DNA of 64,000 bases, from assembly GCA_000002435.2 (NCBI GenBank), contig CM018793.1. One strand, given 5' to 3'. Both the position numbers and the translations under genes were made by a program. Shown in pieces: positions 50,899 through 59,391 of the stretch. This DNA comes from Giardia intestinalis (taxonomy: Eukaryota). Each line of letters begins with the position of its first letter. The first letter of the stretch is position 1. Below the pieces are notes generated by a model. It was not told the DNA's origin, searched no databases, and worked only from the letters and a program-made list of their open reading frames with translations.

Positions 50899-52095
50899 CT
50901 ACGCCTTACCCCGGCAGAGGAACCACCAACACAAGAATCCCACGAGGCCCCCGACGACGATGACAGCAGCCACAGCAATGCCTGCAATAGCGCCGGTAGA
51001 AAGGCCGCTACTCTTGTTTGTGCTACCGCTATCATTTATGAGGTAGCAGACGACAGATCCTTGATTATTAGATGGAGGAGCGCAGCTCACACAGCTGCTA
51101 ACACCTTGGATAGCACTACTATTCTCGGTACATTTCACACACAGCTTTTTATCAGAATCGAAATAGTATCCCAGAAGGCAAGATTGGCATTCGGGTGCCC
51201 GCGAGGATGTCCCTGTACATGTGTCACAGCCTGTTGGACACACAGGACAGGCTCCAGTATTGGTATCTGGTCTCTGTCCATTTACGCACGTAGTACACAG
51301 GCTATTGGGACCCACCGCTGCACATATCTGGACACCAGGCTGTCTGCCGAGTTTATAGCAGCCTCCGTCTTGAAGGAAATGATCTGCAGCACACTGAGTG
51401 CATACGCCACCTGCTGCGTTCGTGCAGAATGAATTCCTTGTTACTGAATTAGCGCACACGCCATTCTGAGGTGCCCACTTATCTTCCTTGCATTTTGAAC
51501 AGTACTTCGTACCGCCGATTACCGCTCCACACTCTGCACACCCGTCCATCTCTGCTTTGCACTCATCTACGCAGGATCCACCTTGACTAGGATCATCATT
51601 GGTGTATTTTAGCATTTTCCCGGGAGGACAAGCTGTGCACTTTGCTGGCCCCTTTGTGGTGCACCCAGCACAGCTAGGATCACAAGGCTCGCACGCTTTG
51701 TCTCCATCATAGTAGCTTCCTATTGCTCCGCAGCTCTGCGTGCACTGCTTTGTCGGGGTGAGGTAATTGTTATCATTACATTCAGTGCAGATTTCGTTGT
51801 CTGTTTTGGGGTTGTCACAGGTCTTACAGTTGGGAGTATTGCACTGTGTGTTAGAGGCCTTCTCGCACCTGTTCTCTCCGGTGACCGGTCTGTATCCTCC
51901 CTCGCACTCGCACACATTCGAGCTGGCCGCGGAGTGCGCCGGGCAGGCGGCGTCACAGCTCTTCCCGTCGACCTGTATCTTGTGAGAATCGTTGGTGCAT
52001 GCCGTGCACGTCTGGTCGCCAGGGTCGCAGGTCTTGCAGCCCGCCGCACAGCTTGCCTGTGTTACCGCACAAACTAGGAGAAATCCTAACAACAT
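50899..52095 (-). CDS. Variant-specific surface protein (VSP)
   Basis: CXXC-rich ectodomain with GGCY motif, a TM helix and the invariant VSP tail GFLCWWFLCRGKA-TAG. Start placed at the ATG preceding signal peptide MLLGFLLVCAVTQA. The reading frame stays open 94 codons further upstream to a TTG at 52377, with other ATGs at 52338 and 52140. AGTAAAC polyA signal 20 nt after the stop. Confidence 0.85.
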   Translation of the reverse strand: MLLGFLLVCAVTQASCAAGCKTCDPGDQTCTACTNDSHKIQVDGKSCDAACPAHSAASSNVCECEGGYRPVTGENRCEKASNTQCNTPNCKTCDNPKTDNEICTECNDNNYLTPTKQCTQSCGAIGSYYDGDKACEPCDPSCAGCTTKGPAKCTACPPGKMLKYTNDDPSQGGSCVDECKAEMDGCAECGAVIGGTKYCSKCKEDKWAPQNGVCANSVTRNSFCTNAAGGVCTQCAADHFLQDGGCYKLGRQPGVQICAAVGPNSLCTTCVNGQRPDTNTGACPVCPTGCDTCTGTSSRAPECQSCLLGYYFDSDKKLCVKCTENSSAIQGVSSCVSCAPPSNNQGSVVCYLINDSGSTNKSSGLSTGAIAGIAVAAVIVVGGLVGFLCWWFLCRGKA

Positions 52096-53956
52096 TAGCC
52101 GGAGTACACGTGCAACTGCTCTTCCGCTAGGCTGGTGCATTGACCGCGAGCAGTGAGAGACAGCCGCTCTTGCTCTCTCGATCAGTTGAACTGGAGAAGA
52201 ACGAGATAGGAGCACACCCACCAGAGGCCAGCTGATAGTGCAGTTCTCTCTGGCTTCAGTAAGAACAAGACCAGTAAGGGACAGACTCAGATCGCACCTC
52301 TCTTGTGGAATGATTGGTCGGGGTGCACTCTTGTACATTGCTGTCAGTATGTTTGTCGGCTTCCTTTGCAGAGGCAAGGTGTAGATTTAGATAGCAAACG
52401 TGTCCCTTGTACAACCTGCTCTCTCCTCGCCAGGCACGGACTCCAAGATCTCTGTGCATGCGGGACCAGGAAATCCTAAGTAAGCAGCGATGCTCCTCCT
52501 GCTCCGGTAGCCCAGCCGCTAGCAGCTCCTCTCCAGGGGCTTTTGCTCCCTGGTCACAGCCTTCTGTGCTCTCTTGCAGTCCCTGGGGAGATACCGGGTC
52601 CGTGGAAGTGCGGACCAATAGAGGTAAGCCCATGAGACGCTCTCGCCTGGTGTGTGCATAGCTCTGATCTCGTGTACTAAATACTACTAAAGTTCCCACC
52701 GCATAACAAGGTGCCAGGGGGCTCGGAAGGCAGCCAGCCCTCCCAGATCTGGACAAGAGGGAAGCATTGCCCAAAGCGTGCTGTCTCCTGAGCCAGTGAA
52801 CTAGGACTCCTATCACCCCAGATCATCATAGTGCTACCGCTGTCTACTATGGAGGCACTCTGACCCACAGTGCCTGAGGTTGTTGGTGCAGGCGGCAAAG
52901 GGCTCTTCATAGTGGGCTACCATCAGTGGAAGGAACGGGAGCCTGGGTGTCTTGTCCTTCTGCCAGTGATCGGCACCCGTTGCTGTGGGTACTGGGGTGG
53001 CGGAAGTTCCCACCTGCTGACAAGGAGCCGGGCGATGTTCGCTTGTCATTGTCAACCCGGGCTGCGGCTGGCCCTGGGCAGATAGACATGAGCACAGGGA
53101 TCCCGTCCCCCGCCGTAAACCACACCACACAGAGAGGGTGTGGTAGTTCGATGTATCTCCCCACGCTGCACAACCAAAGAAGAACGGCCTTTTGATGCGT
53201 AGCTCTGGGAGCCTGCAGAGCCCAACCGAGGGGACTACATCCTGGTGCTGACTTCTGATACGGTTCGGTAGAGGCCAGCTCGATGCTCGCAAGCTTGTGG
53301 GAAGCACCAGGGCCGGCACATGCACCTGGACAGCAACGCAGGCACACATCTCGGATGCAACTCCGCTAAGGATCTTGCGAGGGGTCGGCCTGCGTCAGTG
53401 GTGGAAGGACTTGTGCGCAAGTAGCTCTGTGGCCTGTTGGTCGCATCCTCTTCTGCCGTAAAGGATACCCACCGATGATCGTTACGAACTGGATGGCCCC
53501 TGTCTATCTTTGAGACTCACCAGTGTGCACAGTTGTCGATGAGGCGGATCGTCCACTAGTCACGCCCTGCTGGACTGGTCACTGTTCCACACATCCGCTA
53601 CCTAATTATGGGCGGGAGCATCGGGCACAAGAAGAACTATGACAAGGACCCGCTGGGGTAAGCGTGCTCTGCAGCTCCTTTGGATGCCCCAGTCCCTTAC
53701 GGCTCAGGCACTGGGGCCTCAATGCATCTGCCCCTTACTGGGTTCTCCGCCGGCTAGTGCGACCTAGGCAGACACAGAGGAGTCCCGGTTCCTGTTCTGT
53801 GCAAGCTCGTCAGATCAGCCTGGTCGTGAGGCCTGGCGATACTTGACGCGTATGACTCAGAGATGCCAGTTTTATTGTGCATTACTGCATAGTTCTCTCA
53901 CTTCCAGTAGATAATTCGGTGATCTAACTAAAGAAGAGTAAACCCTCAGCATATAA

Positions 53957-55453
53957 ATGAAAGCACGCGTAATAACCCCAGATACCTATGGACTAAAGAA
54001 GAGCCACCACAAGCAAGAAGCATCTGAAGGCAGCATCTCAAAGACAAAGGCACAAGCATACAAAGGGTGGATTCCCAAAGCATACTACAAAATGACCATA
54101 CCAGGAATAGAACATCTGCAAGCCAAAACCCGCCAAAAAATCACTTCCATTCCAACAACACCACCAATTAGCGGCGCTATTCCATTACTATGGCTTGCAG
54201 ACTCAGACGGAGCGGTTTTAGGAGTAGACAGACCCGATGAAAGACCCGATAGATTTTTGGTGCTAATTCGATCTCCAGCCAAAGACCTTTCTGTACAGTG
54301 CTGGGAGGACAAGGTTAAAAGAAGCTCTCTACTCCTGAGTGGGCATGACGACTCATATACCCCGCTTACTTTTCTTTGCGTTTCAACAATGTACTTTATA
54401 TTGGATGCTCAGGGATGTATACATGTATATTCTAAATCCGGAGGCTATATAAGGAGCTTTTCTTCTGCCACAAATCCAATTGTGGGCATTACGCGTGCTA
54501 ACGACTCACAGCTTTTGTGCAACATAAAGCAACCTATTATAGCAATCTCCTACCTACTTGGGGATGTCGACTTCTTTGTTGTTAATGATGAGGGAGAGCT
54601 TTCTATTTATAACTGCATCCAGTCTGGTCTCTTTGCGCCCCATAGGTTGGTGATCAAACACGGCCATCTTTTTATAGCCAACCGTAGCAGTCAATATGGG
54701 ATATTTAACATCAGAACCAGGACATCCGTGTACTTTGGAGCAACCATCGCCCCCGTAGTAGATCTCTGTATCGCATCCGAGTCTGGCACAAACATTGCAT
54801 TCTGTCTCTTAACTGAAAACTCTCGAGTAATAGTTATAATACCGCCGATCACCGTTCTACGGCGATCTGTACCTTCGAGTGGTGTACCACTAAAAGATCT
54901 ACTAAGGGCTACGACACACACCCTTATATTTGGCCGATCTGAAGAGTGCACTCCCACCTCTGTGGCACTTACTTACCAGAACAACCTGATTACTATATTT
55001 ATTACTACAGCGGGAGGGCACATTTACATGCGACGCTTAGGGGTCACACACGAGATAGACACCAACGGCAATCTTTCAACATTCAAGCTGGATTCAGATG
55101 CACTCAGTTTTATTCACGTGACCCGATCCCTGAGCCCGGAGTCAGAAGCACACTACTCCCAATTGGTTACAGATGCACTTTCTCAGCCTCGAGGGTCGGT
55201 CGAAAAGGCAGAAGCGGTCCGACATCTTATCGAGGCATCTGCCTGTCAATCACAATGTTACGTTATCGCTGAAGATATGGTTCTCTGTTCTGCGCTGGCA
55301 GGGATGTCCGGTTGTGAAGAGCCTCTAAACTCAGTGACAGTTCTGTCTGAGCCTCAAAAGGATGACATTTATTGGGTCTCTGGTGTGATCACAAGCCCCC
55401 ATGGCTTGCTTATTTGGTTTACCCTGCCTCTTTTATGGCACAACTTGGGTTAG
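53957..55453 (+). CDS. Hypothetical beta-strand-rich (propeller-like) protein. Possibly the N-terminal part of a larger gene continued in 55435..57744
   Basis: ATG at 53957 with ATATAAATG initiator. Recurring beta-blade-like segments. Its stop at 55451-55453 lies 16 nt after the first ATG of the next ORF, which is in another frame. Confidence 0.55.
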   Translation: MKARVITPDTYGLKKSHHKQEASEGSISKTKAQAYKGWIPKAYYKMTIPGIEHLQAKTRQKITSIPTTPPISGAIPLLWLADSDGAVLGVDRPDERPDRFLVLIRSPAKDLSVQCWEDKVKRSSLLLSGHDDSYTPLTFLCVSTMYFILDAQGCIHVYSKSGGYIRSFSSATNPIVGITRANDSQLLCNIKQPIIAISYLLGDVDFFVVNDEGELSIYNCIQSGLFAPHRLVIKHGHLFIANRSSQYGIFNIRTRTSVYFGATIAPVVDLCIASESGTNIAFCLLTENSRVIVIIPPITVLRRSVPSSGVPLKDLLRATTHTLIFGRSEECTPTSVALTYQNNLITIFITTAGGHIYMRRLGVTHEIDTNGNLSTFKLDSDALSFIHVTRSLSPESEAHYSQLVTDALSQPRGSVEKAEAVRHLIEASACQSQCYVIAEDMVLCSALAGMSGCEEPLNSVTVLSEPQKDDIYWVSGVITSPHGLLIWFTLPLLWHNLG

Positions 55454-57744
55454 CCTTAGAGAAATTAAATAAAATGGACTCTCTCGACGCTGCTGATCCT
55501 CGCGTTGCAGTAGCCACCATTGTAAATACGGCACTGTATTCTTCATACTCACATCTAATTTCACACGGACTTCCCTCGCAGCTTAATCATGCGTTGAATG
55601 TACTGAAAAGTGTCATTTTGGAGAAGCAGGACTGCCCAATCCTCGCCGTGAATCTACGGGTGAACTACGAGTTTACCTTCAGCAACCTCTCACTCATCTC
55701 TCTTGCTGATGCTAGCTTTATGGCTTGTGCGAAAAGGATTTGCCCAGGCCCTGTAACGAAGATGCTCATTCTGTCGTTTGCCTCTGCTATCCATGAGAAT
55801 GTCTCAGGGGTTGTTTTGGCTAGTTCTCTGGTCCAGAATATTCCCTGGTCCGTCAATGTACCTCTTAGCTACTTAGCCAACGTGTTCCAGACTTTCTCAG
55901 GGCTTATAAAAGCTTCCGAAAGCAAACTTGCCCGCGTTCTTTACATGTGCGTCAGTGTGGTGCTTTTTACGCTCGATCAGAGAAACTACACAGAGGAGCT
56001 TCCGTTTGATGCAGCACGAGCCAAGTTGACATCCAACGCGCACATTTCTAAAGCAACACCCATCATACGCGAAAGCATTCGTTCTCTGCTCTGGTCATTA
56101 AGCTGCATTTATGCGTACTATCTCTTACAGCACACCAGGGGTCAGGCTGACCCAGTCCGTGCGCAGGAGCTCTTGGTTTCTGTTTACGAAGACTTCGGAG
56201 ATCTCTTAAGCGGGGTACTTTCTCCACTAGAATGGCGTGCGCCCGAACATACTGTACCGGTTCATTTTTCGTTTCTCTCAGAATCAGAAGCTATGCGGAT
56301 AACGAATGATGTATTAATACAGCGTGCTTTTGTGATGAGAACGATTGATGATGAAGAAGAGCAGATTCTCAGTGAGATAGATGCCTGGCAAAGGACTGAA
56401 GAGGCAGCGCACGCAGAGGAGGCCTTTTTCCAGGACAAGCCTCTCGTAATCGCGGACACTGGGCAGAGGATACGTAGACACGGATCTCATTCTTCAGCTG
56501 CGCACGAGATGAAGGTACCTCTTTTTCCATTAAAGAAGTTTCAAGAGGCGAAGGATAGTGATGAAACCTATACCTCTGACTCTTATTCCTTTGGAGTAAC
56601 GTTTTCTGATGTCGATATCATACAGCGTCACATGGGCCCAGACTTCTGTATTCCTTTACGTGTCACTTTCTATGGTATGCTGGCTGTGCTTGTTGACGAC
56701 TCAGTGGAGACGGTGCGAAGAATGGCAATTTATGTGTGCAACACCATTATGGGAACAATCATTCAGCGCCTTAATTCGATTGATGACATATTACAACTGG
56801 ACGGCTCCCTTCTTTCTCCATCTACTCTCGACAGCCCGCATGTAATAGCTAAATACTGCAAGGTTATTACGCTTGCTCCCTACCACATCCTTCGTGAGAT
56901 ACTATACATTAATCAGGCTTTGCTCGCTGATTCAGCCATTGCGGTCAAGTATCTAATGGGAGCCATGCGTTTTATGTTAGCAGATCTAAAGCCGTGTGAC
57001 TTTCTTGCTGATCTTTCTAGCAACATCAGGGCAAACACCTCTCTTGATTCTCATCACTTAACTAAGAGAAACATGACATTTTTATTTTTGGATTCTATTT
57101 TCTATAAGCTTATGTTACAGATTGTTCACATGTCAGATTTAACGTCAGATATCATTGACACTTTGTTCTTGGGATATTTCCCAAGACTTTCTGTTTTTAG
57201 CACTCCGGGATCTTATGACTGTTTGGGGAAAATAAGGTTCTATCAAAATCGGTTGCGGGATAAGAAGCCGGTTCCAGAGATCGGAGAACTTATTCGGGAA
57301 GACATAAGCAAAGGAATTGATGGGATATATCACCTGCTTCAAATATTCAATATGTTCTACACTGATCTGCGAGCAGTACCCCTTCCACCCGAGCTTCTGA
57401 AGCACCTGCGTGAGGCGTGCTATCTGGGGGCTTTCATTTGTGGCTCTCGCCCCTTCCTTTGCGAGCTTTGTTGCAGCCCGCTACTAATGGGCTCCAATCA
57501 GGCACTTTCCAACGCATTTTGCTTAGACGTATTCGATGTCAAGACTGTCCAGTTAAAGCTGCGTGAAACTCTCCACGACTCTGTCATGGACAGATTGGGC
57601 AAGGGCGAGTTTTGCAACGAAATCCGCGTGGCATTTCTTTGGGGTTTTCTTCTTGCTCTTAGATACGCTCCCCCGTCCATTCAGTTTGTATGCGATCATC
57701 CTTGTTCTCCTTCTGCAGAGAGCCTTCGTTCATTTACTCAATAG
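55435..57744 (+). CDS. Hypothetical alpha-helical (solenoid-like) protein. Possibly the C-terminal part of the preceding gene
   Basis: ORF-track start 55372 is TTG. The frame opens after TGA at 55363-55365 and the first ATG is 55435 (MAQLGLALEKLNKMDSL…). Confidence 0.5.
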   Translation: MAQLGLALEKLNKMDSLDAADPRVAVATIVNTALYSSYSHLISHGLPSQLNHALNVLKSVILEKQDCPILAVNLRVNYEFTFSNLSLISLADASFMACAKRICPGPVTKMLILSFASAIHENVSGVVLASSLVQNIPWSVNVPLSYLANVFQTFSGLIKASESKLARVLYMCVSVVLFTLDQRNYTEELPFDAARAKLTSNAHISKATPIIRESIRSLLWSLSCIYAYYLLQHTRGQADPVRAQELLVSVYEDFGDLLSGVLSPLEWRAPEHTVPVHFSFLSESEAMRITNDVLIQRAFVMRTIDDEEEQILSEIDAWQRTEEAAHAEEAFFQDKPLVIADTGQRIRRHGSHSSAAHEMKVPLFPLKKFQEAKDSDETYTSDSYSFGVTFSDVDIIQRHMGPDFCIPLRVTFYGMLAVLVDDSVETVRRMAIYVCNTIMGTIIQRLNSIDDILQLDGSLLSPSTLDSPHVIAKYCKVITLAPYHILREILYINQALLADSAIAVKYLMGAMRFMLADLKPCDFLADLSSNIRANTSLDSHHLTKRNMTFLFLDSIFYKLMLQIVHMSDLTSDIIDTLFLGYFPRLSVFSTPGSYDCLGKIRFYQNRLRDKKPVPEIGELIREDISKGIDGIYHLLQIFNMFYTDLRAVPLPPELLKHLREACYLGAFICGSRPFLCELCCSPLLMGSNQALSNAFCLDVFDVKTVQLKLRETLHDSVMDRLGKGEFCNEIRVAFLWGFLLALRYAPPSIQFVCDHPCSPSAESLRSFTQ

Positions 57745-59353
57745 GCCTTTGGGCCACGATATTTGTGCTTTCCTTGAAAAATTTGACTGGGTGCATCAGA
57801 TCAATCCGGACATCCCCGTGGACTAATTCAAACAAGTGGTTACATGCCACCTTGGGTTCTCCTTCCCTCAGAGGTGCCGTTATGTACCCCAGCCATCCCT
57901 TGTCTTGGTGATTGCTAACAGCACAGAGGATCTTGTCCTCTATGTCCCGTTCATAAGCTGTCACTCTATAATTATTCTGTAGAAACGTTTTAAGTCGGGT
58001 AGGATCTCCAGTATTCTTGTCATACATATGCACAAAGGGACAGCCGTGTACTTCTAATTGCTGCCCGGACCTATCTCCAGTTGGAACAAGGGTTCCAATA
58101 GTATTACATCCACGACACATAGCTGGCTTACGCCCGCCAACCTTACCGTGGATGTGTTTGATATTATATGCGTACTCCCTGGTAAACTTCTCCTCAGGAA
58201 TCACTCGTGTGTAAAACGACTTCTGATATTCAAGGTCGTCTTCGCATGACATTCCACAGCTGTTAAAAAAGCTGGTCAGTTGCAGACGGGCTTGGTACTT
58301 AAGCTTGTTGTTTGCCTTCAAACCATTGATGCAGTGTAACATGCACGGGGGGATACACCCAGCACGAATGGCTGCGTCGATATTTTTCCGACTGAGCTTC
58401 CTATCTTCATCCAGCTGAACCTTTGCCTCCAAGCTATTAGAGTCTATGCGCGTTTGCCTAAGGATCTCTAGAAGCTCTGCAAATTGCGGTATCCGGATGT
58501 CTGAGACAGAGGCACAGATACTCTGAGACGCCTTGTAAATGGCTGTAAATTTGATCAGCAAGAGTGAAATTAAATCTTCTGCAGCCAATAGAAACATCCC
58601 CGCCACGCATGGCACACGTTTTGCGGCGAGCTCAATACATGCTGAAAACTTTTCGCGACGTGTGAGGTAAAACGTGGAGAGAGATAGTTCGACATACTCA
58701 ATTTCTTGTATTAGTCCTAGGCACATTGCTTTGATGTATCGAAGAGCCTCCCTGTCAGAATCGTTAGTTAAATTGGTAGGCCCTGTGGCAGGCAATCTAG
58801 AAATAGAGTCTAAGGTAAAAAGGACAGGGCCATTTTCGTCAGAGATAAGTAAATCAGACACCATATACAGATAGGACGAGAGAAGACAGCTGGTTCCTTC
58901 GCCCTTACTCTTGATATTGAGCGGAGCACAGGGTTCTCCCAAAGATGAGAGGACATGTCTTGGATGGCTTCCGGGGGCCAAAAATGCATGCACAAAGCGG
59001 GAAAAGGCAAGTATTCTCTCGCAATTCATATGCCATGCCCATGCATCCTTATCTGAGGCAAATGCAAACCGCAATAGCCAATATGATCGCGTATCCTGAT
59101 CAGTGGAAAACGGCAGCCCCACTAGCCAATTATGGTTACAGCCGTTCTCAGCAAAGGTTAGCCCTACATTATTGACCACGGTGGCATGATTTTCAAGCAA
59201 TCCGGTTTCTAAGGAGCCACGCCAGCATCTATCAAGCTTTTGAAGAATCTTCAACCGAAGTACCGCTTCTTTTTCGAATACCAAAACGGATCCTTTGAAA
59301 ATGCTGAAGTCATCCGGACGCAAAAACTGACTAAACGGAGGCGAGGTTTCCAT
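57734..59353 (-). CDS. PRIM2: DNA primase large subunit (PriL / PRIM2)
   Basis: Conserved PriL C-terminal motifs: GCIPPCMLHCINGLKANNKLKYQARLQLTSFFNSCGM, NIKHIHGKVGG…GCPF Fe-S cluster region. Its 3' end overlaps the convergent upstream gene by 11 bp. Confidence 0.8.
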   Translation of the reverse strand: METSPPFSQFLRPDDFSIFKGSVLVFEKEAVLRLKILQKLDRCWRGSLETGLLENHATVVNNVGLTFAENGCNHNWLVGLPFSTDQDTRSYWLLRFAFASDKDAWAWHMNCERILAFSRFVHAFLAPGSHPRHVLSSLGEPCAPLNIKSKGEGTSCLLSSYLYMVSDLLISDENGPVLFTLDSISRLPATGPTNLTNDSDREALRYIKAMCLGLIQEIEYVELSLSTFYLTRREKFSACIELAAKRVPCVAGMFLLAAEDLISLLLIKFTAIYKASQSICASVSDIRIPQFAELLEILRQTRIDSNSLEAKVQLDEDRKLSRKNIDAAIRAGCIPPCMLHCINGLKANNKLKYQARLQLTSFFNSCGMSCEDDLEYQKSFYTRVIPEEKFTREYAYNIKHIHGKVGGRKPAMCRGCNTIGTLVPTGDRSGQQLEVHGCPFVHMYDKNTGDPTRLKTFLQNNYRVTAYERDIEDKILCAVSNHQDKGWLGYITAPLREGEPKVACNHLFELVHGDVRIDLMHPVKFFKESTNIVAQRPIE

Positions 59354-59391
59354 TTGAGTATTTTTTGAAATTACTTATCATTGGGGTCTCT

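Noticed and set aside
50537-51432. Plus-strand ORFs overlapping the VSP gene and its 3' flank (50537..50758, 50610..50885, 50809..51432)
   Set aside because: They are antisense to the VSP coding sequence, with GC-rich composition artefacts. No protein-like features.
52378-53956. Possibility that the GC-rich ORF-free block is an rRNA gene, since Giardia rDNA is GC-rich
   Set aside because: No resemblance to conserved SSU/LSU core motifs, and the GC content is lower than Giardia rDNA. Kept as a finding of unknown nature.
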